Counted from the first letter of the stretch, positions 1 to 9,522 are shown. The stretch: 20,251 nucleotides of DNA from Verrucomicrobiota bacterium (GCA_038209745.1 JBBQXJ010000085.1:1-20251); one strand, 5' to 3'. The notes: generated from the sequence alone by a model not told the origin. Numbers and translations are program-made.

Positions 1-190
1 CGAGCCGCCCGTCTGGGCCGAATACCGTGACGTGATCGCCGCGAGCGGTTCCAATCTGAAGCTGGAGCCGATCCTGAAGTGGGACTTCTACAAAGCGGTC
101 GAATCCGCCGACCACGTCCTCACCATCCAATCCGCCGACCAATCCCTCTGGGCGAATGTGCTGCTGACGATGGGCTGCCGGACGAACTGA
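1..190 (+). CDS. RbsD/FucU family (sugar mutarotase/pyranase) protein, C-terminal part (5' truncated by window)
   Basis: Frame from base 2 reads EPPVWAEYRDVIAASGSNLKLEPILKWDFYKAVESADHVLTIQSADQSLWANVLLTMGCRTN*, matching the RbsD/FucU C-terminal pattern (..FY..A....v.tgd...yaN.ll..G). Not in the supplied ORF track. Confidence 0.75.
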   Translation, partial: EPPVWAEYRDVIAASGSNLKLEPILKWDFYKAVESADHVLTIQSADQSLWANVLLTMGCRTN

Positions 191-248
191 GCGGTTTGGA
201 TTTTATCGAGGGCCCGGCGCAGCCTTGGCCGGATCGATGCCGCCCAAA

Positions 249-376
249 GGAGGGTAGACTTGCCGCCTGCCCTGGGGGGCTTGGCAAGAGCCCCGGGGTT
301 CCCCAGCGTGCTACGCGCTCACCGTTCAGTGGTTCCCTCCAGACCGCAGTGTGACGGGCAGAGAGGCCCGTCCTAC
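249..376. repeat. REPIN-like element: inverted pair of REP-type palindromes
   Basis: 353-376 is the reverse complement of GTAGGACGGGCCTCTCTGCCCGTC (GTAG plus hairpin). 249-272 GGAGGGTAGACTTGCCGCCTGCCC is a degenerate opposite arm. Lies between convergent genes. Confidence 0.5.
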
Positions 377-479
377 GCGGCTCCGCCTCTCTTCGGACGG
401 CAGGCTCCGACTGCCTCGTTCCGGCTGAGCGGCAGATGGAAGCGCGTCCGTAGCTATGGTCTGACGCGTGGCAATCCGT

Positions 480-1790
480 TCAGAACAGATACTTCAACGC
501 CAGCGTGGCCATCCCGAGGAAGAAGAAGAAACCCGCCACGTCGGTGACCGTTGTGAGGAAGATGCTGGAGGCCAGCGCGGGATCGATGCGGCAGGCTTTC
601 AAGCCGAGAGGTATGACCACTCCGGCGGTCACCGCGGCGAGCTGGTTCAACACCATCGCCGCAAACGCGACCAGCCCGAGCTGGTAGCTGCCCTTCCACA
701 CCCAGCCGACCAGCCCGACCACCACGCCGACGGCCAATCCATTGATCAGGCCGAGCATCAGCTCCTTCGTCAGCGCCTTGCGACCATCTCCCGGATTGAT
801 CTCTCCGAGGGCGAGGTCGCGGATGATCACGGTCAGGGTCTGCATTCCGGCGTTGCCCCCCTGCCCGGCCACGATCGGCAGGAAGACGACGAGCGCCGTC
901 CATTTGGCGATGGTCTCCTCGAAAAGCCCGACGACGAAGGCCGCGAGAAACGCGGTCCCCAGATTCACGTAGAGCCACGGCAACCGTTTGGGCACGGACT
1001 TGTGCCAAGGGGTCAAGGTGCGTTCCTCGCCGGAGACACCGACCATCAGCTGCATGTCCTCGGTGGCTTCGTCCTGGGCGATGCTCAAGACGTCGTTCGC
1101 ACGGATCACTCCCAGCAGACGGCCCAAACGATCCAGCACCGGCAGCGCGAGGAAGTGGTAGTGCTCGAACTCGCGGGCGACGGTTTCCTGGTCCGCATCC
1201 GCCCGGACGAAGCGGATGTCGCGCAGCATGAATTCGGACAGGCGCTGTTCGGGCTTCGCAAAGAGCAGCTCCCGGATGGGCAGCACCCCGACCAGCCGTC
1301 CCGAGGGATCGGACACGTAGAGGTAGGAGACGTCTTCGGGACGGCGCTCCGTCTGGTGCCGGAGACGGGTGAGGCTCTGGAGCGCGGTCTCGTCGGAACG
1401 CAGGGCGATGAAGCGGTCGCTCATGATGCCGCCGGCGGAATCTTCGGGATACTTCAGCAGGTCGGCCAGGCGTCCCGCCTTCACCGAAGGCAAGCCCGCC
1501 AACACCGTGGTCCGCTGGTCCGGCAGCATCTCGATGACGAGATCCGCCGCGGCCTGCGCGTTCAGCTCCTTGATCCACTCGGCGACGATCTCCGACGGCG
1601 CGAGGTCGAGGACCTCCGCCGCCTGCTCGCGGTCCAGTTCCGCCAGCGCCTCGGCCGCGAGCGCCCTCGGCAGCTCCACCATCGTCTCCAACGCCTCCGC
1701 AGGATCCATGCGTTCGAGGACGTCCGCCAGATCGGCGGGATGCTGCTTGGCCAGATCGGCCAGATGGACTGGGAGGACGGGTTCGTTCAT
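480..1790 (-). CDS. mgtE: Magnesium transporter MgtE
   Basis: N-terminal HPADLADVLE domain, YPEDSAGGIM, tandem CBS domains, TM domain with GQGGNAGMQT and DPALASSIFLTTVTDVAGF. Start placed at ATG 1790 (MNEPVL). Confidence 0.96.
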   Translation of the reverse strand: MNEPVLPVHLADLAKQHPADLADVLERMDPAEALETMVELPRALAAEALAELDREQAAEVLDLAPSEIVAEWIKELNAQAAADLVIEMLPDQRTTVLAGLPSVKAGRLADLLKYPEDSAGGIMSDRFIALRSDETALQSLTRLRHQTERRPEDVSYLYVSDPSGRLVGVLPIRELLFAKPEQRLSEFMLRDIRFVRADADQETVAREFEHYHFLALPVLDRLGRLLGVIRANDVLSIAQDEATEDMQLMVGVSGEERTLTPWHKSVPKRLPWLYVNLGTAFLAAFVVGLFEETIAKWTALVVFLPIVAGQGGNAGMQTLTVIIRDLALGEINPGDGRKALTKELMLGLINGLAVGVVVGLVGWVWKGSYQLGLVAFAAMVLNQLAAVTAGVVIPLGLKACRIDPALASSIFLTTVTDVAGFFFFLGMATLALKYLF

Positions 1791-1938
1791 CGACAACCGG
1801 GGCAAAGAAGCGCGCCGGCCCCCCAATAACCACGGCGGCCACCGTAGTTCAAACGCTGATTGCCCAAACGATCCGCATTCGACCCGGCAATTCACCCCGC
1901 GCTTTACCGGGCGACGTTCCCCGGGTGAAACTCCGGGC

Positions 1939-2607
1939 ATGGGTCGCGTGCTGACAGAAGCCACTTTTGAGGAATGGATCGAGTTCGTCTTCGCCCGGCC
2001 GGTCAGCGATCCGGCGTGGTACTTCGAATCCGAATCCGACAGTTGGACAGGCCCGCCTCTGCGCACGGTGGAATTGATTACGGAGACGCTGGAACGAAGC
2101 GGCGAGGTGCTGGAGGCCTATGACGACGCGCAAGTGGCCCAAGGGCTCTATCTCCTCGGCAGCGCCTGCGGAGACCTGGGCTTCGCACTCGTGGATGAAG
2201 CCGTTGCTTGGCCGATACGTTCCAAAGGGCTCGACGCAATCTACGCACTCTTCCGGGACTGCTTCGCACTTCGGTGTTCCAATCATCTGAGCCACTTGAA
2301 CGAACCGGAGGCCAGTCCGCTCAACGGCGTCTGCTACATGTGGTGGGACGTGTTTCCGGCACCTATGGAAACGGAAGGCGAGTGTTGCGCAGCCTATGAC
2401 GAACTCATTCTCTCCGTCTTGGGGCGGACTCTCGAATTGCCGAACGAGGCATGCCAAGAAGCCGCGCTCCATGGGTTGGGCCACTGGCATCGCCGCTATC
2501 CGGAAGACGTCGAAGCCACAATCGACCGCTTCATCTGGGCCAACCGCAAGATCCGCTCGCAGCTCCGCAACTACGCCTACGCCGCCCGTCACGGCGACAT
2601 CCAATAG
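1939..2607 (+). CDS. Hypothetical protein (222 aa)
   Basis: Protein-like composition only from ATG 1939 (MGRVLTEATFEEWIEFVF). Contains CYMWWD and EAALHGLGHW segments. Divergent from mgtE. Confidence 0.8.
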   Translation: MGRVLTEATFEEWIEFVFARPVSDPAWYFESESDSWTGPPLRTVELITETLERSGEVLEAYDDAQVAQGLYLLGSACGDLGFALVDEAVAWPIRSKGLDAIYALFRDCFALRCSNHLSHLNEPEASPLNGVCYMWWDVFPAPMETEGECCAAYDELILSVLGRTLELPNEACQEAALHGLGHWHRRYPEDVEATIDRFIWANRKIRSQLRNYAYAARHGDIQ

Positions 2608-2661
2608 CTTTCCCTCTGGATGAATTCCGCCAAGACCACCATTGTCTCGCGACTCCAACCG

Positions 2662-4221
2662 ATGAAACTCAATCCATTCCCGACCCGCTCCCTCGCCACC
2701 GCCGCCGCGCTCACCCTCGGCTTCGCCGCGTTCTCCAGTCTGGCCGACGTGAAGATGCCCGCCATCTTCTCCGACCACATGGTTCTCCAGGCCAAGGCCC
2801 AGCTGCCCGTCTGGGGCTGGGCCGATCCGGGTGAGAAGGTGACCGTCACCGTCGGCAACCGCCGCGCCAGCACCGTCGCCGGAGCCGATGGAAAATGGTC
2901 GGTGAAGCTCGGGAGCCTGAAGACCGGCGAGACGCTCTCGATGACGGTCTCCGGCAAAAACACCGTCACGATCCACGACGTGCTCGTCGGCGAAGTCTGG
3001 CTCGGCTCCGGCCAGTCGAACATGGAGTTTTCGGTCCGCTCGGCGAACAACGCGGAAGCCGAGGCGAAGGCCGCCCACTTTCCCGCCATCCGGATGTTCA
3101 CGGTGAAGAAGAATCCCAGCCCGCAGCCGCTCTCCGACTGTGAAGGCTCCTGGGCCGTCTGCACGCCCGAGAACGTCCCGAGCTTCTCCGCCGCCCTCTA
3201 CTTCTTCGGTCGCGAACTCCATCAGCAGCTCGGAGTCCCCGTCGGCCTCATCCACTCCTCCTGGGGCGGCACCCCGGTCGAATCCTGGGCCAGCCTCGAT
3301 GCCCAGAAGGACCAGCCCGAGATGAAGCCGCTGATGGATTCATGGACCACCAAACTGGCAGTGCCCTTCGACACCGCCAAAGCCCGGGCCGAACACGACC
3401 AGAAGATGGCGCAGTGGAAGGTCGCCGCCGACCAGGCCAAGGCCGACGGCAAGCAGGGGCCGAGGCAGCCGCAGATGGCCTCCGATCCGGGGCTCAATCC
3501 CTGGCGCCCGGCCAATCTCTACAACGGCATGATCGCCCCGGTCGTTCCCTACGCGATCCAGGGCGCCATCTGGTATCAGGGCGAGAGCAACGCCGGCAGC
3601 CTGGAGAGCGGCGCCCTCTACCACCTCCAGCTCGCGACGATGATCAAGGATTGGCGCAAGCGCTGGGGCACGACCCTCGCTTTTGGCATCGTCCAGTTGC
3701 CGGAGTTCCACAGCCCCGTCGCCGAGCCGGTCCAGCACACCGGCTGGGTCCTCGTTCGCGAGAGCATGCTCAAGACCCTCTCCCTGCCCAGGACCGGCAT
3801 GGCCGTCGCGCTCGGCCTGGGCGAGGCCAACGACATCCATCCCAAAAACAAGCAGGACGTCGGTCGGCGCCTCGCTTCGTGGGCGCTGGACGACGTCTAT
3901 GACGTGGAGGGCTTCGCCGAAGGCGGCCCGATTGTGACGAAGCACAAGATCCGCAAAGACGAGATCACCCTCACCTTCAAGAACACCGACGGCGGTCTCG
4001 GCATGAAGGGAAAAACGCTCAAGGGCTTCGCCATTGCCGGCGCCGACAAGAAGTGGGTCCGGGCCGAAGCCCGCCTCGACGGCAAAAACGTCGTCGTCTC
4101 CAGCCCGGAAGTCCCCCATCCGGTCGCCGTCCGCTACGCCTGGGCCGACAATCCCGAATTCAGCCTCTTCAACGGCATGGGCCTGCCCGCCTCGCCCTTC
4201 CGCACCGACGACTGGAAGTGA
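2662..4221 (+). CDS. Secreted sialate O-acetylesterase (SASA / SGNH-type carbohydrate esterase)
   Basis: Signal peptide, DVKMPAIFSDHMVLQ, GEVWLGSGQSNM, WGGTPVESW, IWYQGESN, DIHP, VRYAW and PASPFRTDDW motifs. Alternative start at 2620. Confidence 0.92.
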   Translation: MKLNPFPTRSLATAAALTLGFAAFSSLADVKMPAIFSDHMVLQAKAQLPVWGWADPGEKVTVTVGNRRASTVAGADGKWSVKLGSLKTGETLSMTVSGKNTVTIHDVLVGEVWLGSGQSNMEFSVRSANNAEAEAKAAHFPAIRMFTVKKNPSPQPLSDCEGSWAVCTPENVPSFSAALYFFGRELHQQLGVPVGLIHSSWGGTPVESWASLDAQKDQPEMKPLMDSWTTKLAVPFDTAKARAEHDQKMAQWKVAADQAKADGKQGPRQPQMASDPGLNPWRPANLYNGMIAPVVPYAIQGAIWYQGESNAGSLESGALYHLQLATMIKDWRKRWGTTLAFGIVQLPEFHSPVAEPVQHTGWVLVRESMLKTLSLPRTGMAVALGLGEANDIHPKNKQDVGRRLASWALDDVYDVEGFAEGGPIVTKHKIRKDEITLTFKNTDGGLGMKGKTLKGFAIAGADKKWVRAEARLDGKNVVVSSPEVPHPVAVRYAWADNPEFSLFNGMGLPASPFRTDDWK

Positions 4222-5151
4222 TCAACGGCTCGGCTCGCGCGGGGGAGATCCCGCTGCGAGCCGAGCCTCCAATTCTCCCAGGGCGGCAGTGATCGCTTCG
4301 GGATGCTCCCATGGGATGAAGTGGTTCCAGCCCTGGTGCACCTGCTTGGTGAACAGGTCGCCCTTGCCGGCCGCCGCGAGCTGGGCTTCGAGATAGGCGA
4401 CGTTCTCAAACGGCACCAGGGGATCCTCGGTGCCGTGCACCATCACGACCGGCACCTTCAGATCGGCCAACCTCGGCTTCAGCGCGATCAGGTCGTCCTT
4501 CAGCGTGAAGATCTCGCGGTTCGACTGGCGAAGGGCCTGCGGGATGGTCCACGAGAGGGCGCGGTAGTGGAACGGATGCTGGATCCACCAGAGCGCCTCC
4601 TGGTCCGGATCCACGCATCCGCCGACGAGGACGACTCCCGCCACCTTCTCCGGATGCTCCAGCGCCGCCAGCAACACGACCGGCCCGCCGTAGCTATGGC
4701 CGATCAGGATCACCTTTCGATTTGTCACGTGTCGGGCGAGGTCCAAGACCGCCTTTGCTTGGCCTTCGAGATGGGGTTCGGCGAGCGCGGGCTTCGAACC
4801 GTGAAAACCGGGACGGTCGAGCGCATATAGGCTGACACCGGGCGGAGGATTCCGGAACTGGGCCCGCCAATCCGAAGAGCTGCCGGGAGTGCCGTGGACC
4901 AATATCACGGGCTGGTCTCCCCGGCTCCCCAACCGCTCGGCCCAGCGAAGCACCAGCCCGTTGGTTTCGAGACTCCGCTGGACCACCGCGAGCCCGGTCA
5001 TGGCATGATCGCGATCCATCGCGACGGCGCACCCGTGCAAGAGCAGGAAGGGAAACACCAGCAGCACGCCCCCGGTCCACAGCAACCGCCGCCGCCAACG
5101 ACTTGGACGAGGCTTGGATCCGGCAGACGGCGGTTTCAGATCATCGGTCAC
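4222..5151 (-). CDS. Alpha/beta-fold hydrolase with N-terminal membrane anchor
   Basis: HGTPGS oxyanion motif, GHSYGG nucleophile elbow, HGTEDPLVP (Asp) and NHFIPW (His). N-terminal RRRLLW followed by a hydrophobic helix. GTG start. Confidence 0.9.
   Translation of the reverse strand: MTDDLKPPSAGSKPRPSRWRRRLLWTGGVLLVFPFLLLHGCAVAMDRDHAMTGLAVVQRSLETNGLVLRWAERLGSRGDQPVILVHGTPGSSSDWRAQFRNPPPGVSLYALDRPGFHGSKPALAEPHLEGQAKAVLDLARHVTNRKVILIGHSYGGPVVLLAALEHPEKVAGVVLVGGCVDPDQEALWWIQHPFHYRALSWTIPQALRQSNREIFTLKDDLIALKPRLADLKVPVVMVHGTEDPLVPFENVAYLEAQLAAAGKGDLFTKQVHQGWNHFIPWEHPEAITAALGELEARLAAGSPPREPSR
4227..4267. terminator. Strong hairpin at a convergent gene junction (possible terminator/stabiliser)
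   Basis: GGCTCGGCTCGC (4227-4238) pairs perfectly with GCGAGCCGAGCC (4256-4267), plus an inner GCGGG/CCCGC stem. No U-tract, so terminator function is uncertain. Confidence 0.4.
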
Positions 5152-5221
5152 GGCGCGAATGTGACGCGGACCGGGACCGGGTCAACCATCGCCCGGGTTT
5201 CATGGACTGCGGCTCCGGAAT

Positions 5222-6200
5222 CTACGGCAGCAGGTTGAGCCGGAAGAACCGTTGCGGGGGGCGCCTCCACGGTGTTGGTCACGGAGACGGAACCGCCCGG
5301 CCCGGTGATGGGCTCGTCCAAGGGCAACCAGGCCACCGAGTCCAAGTCGTCCTTGTATTCCACCTGATAGGTCTGGCCCGGAATCGCCATGCCATTGCGA
5401 TACCATTGCACGGATGGAAACGGGCTTCCGTCGACTCCGACCGAGAGCACGGCCGGAGCAAGTTCGTCCACGGCCACGTCGACCGGTTGCCGGGTGATCT
5501 TCGCAGCAAGGGCGGGCGCGATTTCGCCGCTGACGGCGTAGATGCCGGTGGCGCCTGCGCCGGAAGCCTGGTCGAAGGTCAGTGCGATCAGCGGCTTGTT
5601 GGCCGCACCGAGCAGGGCGACGAGATCGATGGTGGTCTGGTAGAAGCGCGGATTGCTGGACCCGCCGCTGGTGCTCCCGTTGCCGAGGCTGACCCGCTCG
5701 ACGCCGAGCAGCGCGTAGCCGGCGTTGTTGAACCAGTCCGCCGCATCATAGGTCGTCACCGCGCTGCTGCCGTCGTTGAAGTGCAGGGTCAAGGCGGACG
5801 TGCCGCCGCCCCCGGCGGAATTGGCGACGACCGCGATGCGCGAGAAGGTGGCCGGCGCGGCGAGATCCAGGCTGCCCGAACCGATCCCGGTGCCGCTGCT
5901 GAGCACGAGGGCGTTGTTCCCGGTGTAGGGCTGGAACTGGAAGACCGTCCCGTCGTCGCCATCCCGCTGGCTTACGAACGAACCGGTCTCGGGCAGTCCC
6001 AATGAAAAGCCCGAAAGACCGCTCTGGTAGAAGACGAGACCTTCTCCGGGGTTGAGCTCCTGCGCGGCGGTGTAGGGCGGACCGGAGGCGGTCTTCTCAA
6101 GGACGACATCCCGGTTGAAGCGTGTGACGGCGACGGGCGACATGGTGCCACCGGACAGATCGAAGACGGCGGCGGCCAATAGAATCAGGCAACCCTGCAC
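5222..6200 (-). pseudogene. Secreted beta-rich protein with partial Ig-like domain and frameshifted C-terminal RFFRL domain (probable damaged gene)
   Basis: Hydrophobic N-terminus and a beta-rich domain, then an Ig-like start (ITRQP..QWYRNG..IPG) that jumps straight into [14 protein letters not shown]. Removing one base from the G6 run at 5256-5261 gives [13 protein letters not shown] with the stop at 5222-5224. As sequenced the ORF runs to 5148. Confidence 0.65.
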
Positions 6201-6335
6201 GACAAAACGAAGGGACGCAGGCTGTCATTGGGGCAATTGTTCCCTGTCTTTTCGATTAAATAAACGTTCGGCGATCGAAAAACGGTCTGCTGTTGGACAA
6301 TGCACGGCGACTCGGACCGCTCCGGAGCGGACGTT

Positions 6336-7226
6336 TTAGTCGGGGTGATCCGCCATCCAACGGGACAGACTTCGACGAACTCGCGCTTCGGTTCCGACGG
6401 GATCCAACAGCGCGGGAAAGTCTTTCAACAGTTGATCGACACCGGGAACGATTCCCCAAGCGGTGACGCGGAAAAATTCATGGACGCCCGGGCCGGTGAC
6501 GCCCATTTCACGGTTGATCCGCCCAGAGCGCCGCCGCAGCTGCGACGCCCAGTCCTCCTTCGACTTCGGCACGGTCAGACGATGGCGATCGACCCACGGG
6601 AGCCACTCGGCGATCTGCGATTGATGGCACCAGCCCATGTCCACCAGATGGTCGAAGACGGACTCGACGTCCACCGCGAGGTCGTAGGCGTTCGCTCCGA
6701 CCATGTAATCATCGAGGACATTGAGGATGACCGGCATCCGGCAGGGCCTGCTCTTGGTTTCTGCGGCCGGATATTCCGGGGTGAAAGCGTGCGGGACGTT
6801 GATCATGTAGGCGATGCGCCGGACCCCTTCCGCGACGGCGAGGTGATCCGGATGCACTCCCGCCAGCGGATCCGCCGGAATCGGCGGACAAAAGATGTAG
6901 TCGGGCTCGAAATCCCGTATCGCCTTCCACAGCGCCGCGAGAAAAAGCCGATCGGTGGTGATGCAACCTTCGCGAAACAGTTGGCCCTCGTGGTCCGCGA
7001 GTTGTTGATACTCCACCCCGCCGAGGAGAGCCGAGGCTTCCTGTTCGCGCCGCCGGATCTCACCCGTCTCCTCCCGCGAATGATCGTGGTGGCCGGACTT
7101 GCCATCGGTGCAGACGATGATGCGCCCCTTGAACCGGTCGCCGAGGCTTCGCCTCCACAACTCGAAGGTGCCGGCGGCGACGAACTCAAAATCGTCGTGG
7201 TGCGCGTGGATGTGCAGGGCTCTCAT
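6336..7226 (-). CDS. PIG-L/LmbE family deacetylase
   Basis: HAHHDDFE (HxDD metal motif), TDGKSG, RRREQEASALLGG, HPDH and HQSQ motifs. Starts 7 bp downstream of the kinase gene. Confidence 0.9.
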   Translation of the reverse strand: MRALHIHAHHDDFEFVAAGTFELWRRSLGDRFKGRIIVCTDGKSGHHDHSREETGEIRRREQEASALLGGVEYQQLADHEGQLFREGCITTDRLFLAALWKAIRDFEPDYIFCPPIPADPLAGVHPDHLAVAEGVRRIAYMINVPHAFTPEYPAAETKSRPCRMPVILNVLDDYMVGANAYDLAVDVESVFDHLVDMGWCHQSQIAEWLPWVDRHRLTVPKSKEDWASQLRRRSGRINREMGVTGPGVHEFFRVTAWGIVPGVDQLLKDFPALLDPVGTEARVRRSLSRWMADHPD

Positions 7227-7233
7227 GATAAAT

Positions 7234-8769
7234 TCACTGGGCGGCCGGCAAGCGGATCTCCACCTCCAAGCCGTGGGGTTGAAGATTTCGCAGCGACACC
7301 CGCCCTTGGCAGGCTTCGACGCAGGTCTTCACGATGGCCAAGCCCAGTCCCACTCCCCCCGTGTCCGCCGTGCGCGAAACGTCCGGCCGGAAGAACGGAT
7401 CGAAGAGCTTCGCCAAGGAGCTCTCCGGAACTCCCGGACCCGAGTCGCGAACGGTCAGCACGATCTCGGGCCCGGATGCGACGGCCCGTAAGACAACCGG
7501 TCCGGCGTTCCCGGCGTAGCGGATCGCATTCCTCAACACATTGCCAACGGCACGGGCCAACAAGTCGGCGTCGGCCATGACCACCCACTCCGCCGCCATC
7601 TCGATCTCCACCACGTCGGACGGCGAGGTTTCCCGCGCGACGACTCTCTCGACGAGTTCGCGGAGCGGAACTGGCTTGAGCGCGAGCTCACCGGAACGAA
7701 GCCCGGCCTTGGAAAAGGACAACAACTCCGCCACCAGCCCGGACATGTGCTGCACCTCTTCCCGCACGTCCTCCACGTAGCCCTGCTGTTTCTCGTCCGC
7801 CCGCTGTTCGAGGATGCCCAGCGCCATCTGCATCCGGGCCAGCGGCGAACAGAGCTCGTGGGCAATGTCGCCGAGGAACCGCTTCTGCCCCGCCACGAAC
7901 CCGTCCAAACGTGTGGCGAGCTGGTTGATGGATCCACCCAGCCGCCCCAGATCGTCGCGCCGTGCCTCGTCGACGCGGACGGCGAAATTGCCTTCCGCGA
8001 TCTGCAACGTGGCCCGGTCGATCCGTGCGATGGATCGGGTGATTCCACGCATCATCGGCCACCAGAACAACAGGGAAACCACGACGACCACCGCCCCCAC
8101 CATGGCCCACGGTTTGACGTCGAAGAAGAGCCCGCCCCCGGTGAGCGATGCGGAGGCCATCAACACCACGGGTCCGCCTCCTCGTCCGCGCGGCCCGTCG
8201 TTGATCGGACCCCGCGAACCCGGCCGGATCAGGTCGGCCGCCGGTAGCCGGACGCCGACCCAGTATTGTCGCGGAGCCTCGGTGCGCAGCATGAAGCGAG
8301 GCGGGGCGTTCCTCGGCGGGCCATCGGGCGGACCGCCGGGAAGTCCAGGACCGGGACGGGGTTCTCCTCCTCCGTCGAGTGGCGGCGGATCTCCCGGACG
8401 TTGAGGGCTGCGCAGACCGGGACCTCGGCCTCGGGAGCCGACGATCCGCGCCGCGACTTCCTGCGGCAATTGCACGGGTTCACCCGCGATCTGTTCCCCG
8501 TCCGGTCGGAAGATTCGGAAAGTGACGCCGTAGCCTTCACCGTGGCGTTTCAGGATGGAGTCCCAATCCGAGCGGGGCGCTTCCGTCAGCTCGTAGCCGA
8601 CTTCCGAGCTGACCGACTGGACCCGATCGCCCGCCGGACCGGTAAGCAACGAATCCAAACCAAGCCGGAACTGAAGGCGAAAGAAGGCGTAGAAGATCAC
8701 GACCAGCAGCAACAGGTTCAGAAAGAACCAGCCGAGAATCTTCAGCCACAGAGGCAGTCGAAAGGTCAT
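7234..8769 (-). CDS. Sensor histidine kinase (2 TM, HAMP, HisKA, HATPase_c), CpxA-like
   Basis: Two TM helices flank a Pro/Gly-rich extracytoplasmic region. HAMP (RRDDLGRLG), H box DIAHELCSPL, N box NVLRNAIRY, G1 DSGPG, F box LFDPFFR, G2 GVGLGLAI. Confidence 0.95.
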   Translation of the reverse strand: MTFRLPLWLKILGWFFLNLLLLVVIFYAFFRLQFRLGLDSLLTGPAGDRVQSVSSEVGYELTEAPRSDWDSILKRHGEGYGVTFRIFRPDGEQIAGEPVQLPQEVAARIVGSRGRGPGLRSPQRPGDPPPLDGGGEPRPGPGLPGGPPDGPPRNAPPRFMLRTEAPRQYWVGVRLPAADLIRPGSRGPINDGPRGRGGGPVVLMASASLTGGGLFFDVKPWAMVGAVVVVVSLLFWWPMMRGITRSIARIDRATLQIAEGNFAVRVDEARRDDLGRLGGSINQLATRLDGFVAGQKRFLGDIAHELCSPLARMQMALGILEQRADEKQQGYVEDVREEVQHMSGLVAELLSFSKAGLRSGELALKPVPLRELVERVVARETSPSDVVEIEMAAEWVVMADADLLARAVGNVLRNAIRYAGNAGPVVLRAVASGPEIVLTVRDSGPGVPESSLAKLFDPFFRPDVSRTADTGGVGLGLAIVKTCVEACQGRVSLRNLQPHGLEVEIRLPAAQ

Positions 8770-8778
8770 GGGTGAAGC

Positions 8779-9522
8779 CTAGGGCGCATCGGGGTTGATC
8801 AACATGTAGCCCGCCGCGCGGACGGTCCGGATGAAGCGGGGCGTCTTGGGATCGTCGCCCAGTTTCTTTCGCAACGCCGAGATGTGGACGTCGATGGACC
8901 GGTCGAACACGTCGTAGTTCCGGTCGCGGATCTCGTCGAGCAGCTGTTCCCGGGTCTTCACCCGTCCCCGACCGCGCGCGAGGCTGGCGAGCAGGTCGAA
9001 CTCCACCGGCGTCAAAGTCAGCGCCGCATCGCCCAGCACCGCGACCCGCGACCCCGGTTTCACCCGCAGCGGCCCGACGATCAACTCGGCCTCTTCGTCG
9101 CCCGGTTTGTCCGCGCTCGCCGCGTTCCGGACGCTGCGCCGGGTCACCGCCCGCAGCCGGGCCAGCAGTTCACGGGTGGAAAACGTCTTCGGCAGATAAT
9201 CGTCGGCCCCGATTTCGAGCCCGACGATGCGGTCCGCTTCATCTCCCCTGGCGGTGAGCATGAGCACCGGCACGTCGCTGACCCGGCGGATCTGCTTCAA
9301 CACCTCGAAGCCGTCCAAACCCGGCAACATCACGTCGAGAATGATGGCGGACCAAGCCTCCGCAGCGGCTTTCGCCACGCCCTCGGGTCCCGTGTGGACG
9401 GTGCTGACGGCGTAGCCCATCGGCTCCAGATAGTCGCGGATCAGGCGGCAAAGCTTGCGGTCATCGTCGATCACGAGGATGGGGGTGGCGGCTGGGTTGG
9501 CGATGTCCGGACTCGTCTGCAT
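8779..9522 (-). CDS. OmpR/PhoB-family response regulator, CpxR-like
   Basis: ILVIDDD, ILDVMLPG, LMLTARG, GADDYLPK, and winged-helix DRSIDVHISALRKKL..IRTVR..GY. Confidence 0.96.
   Translation of the reverse strand: MQTSPDIANPAATPILVIDDDRKLCRLIRDYLEPMGYAVSTVHTGPEGVAKAAAEAWSAIILDVMLPGLDGFEVLKQIRRVSDVPVLMLTARGDEADRIVGLEIGADDYLPKTFSTRELLARLRAVTRRSVRNAASADKPGDEEAELIVGPLRVKPGSRVAVLGDAALTLTPVEFDLLASLARGRGRVKTREQLLDEIRDRNYDVFDRSIDVHISALRKKLGDDPKTPRFIRTVRAAGYMLINPDAP

Noticed and set aside
191..479. tRNA or known ncRNA in the intergenic gap
   Set aside because: No cloverleaf or recognisable RNA-family motif; better explained by REP-like arms.
454..1842. Long alternative ORFs (454-1842 -, 468-1829 +) and N-terminal extensions of mgtE and the 1369-2607 ORF
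   Set aside because: They overlap mgtE, have Arg/Gly/Pro-rich shadow composition and show no motifs.
1791..1938. M-box (ykoK) riboswitch upstream of mgtE
   Set aside because: Only 148 bp shared with a divergent gene, and no recognisable M-box conserved segments.
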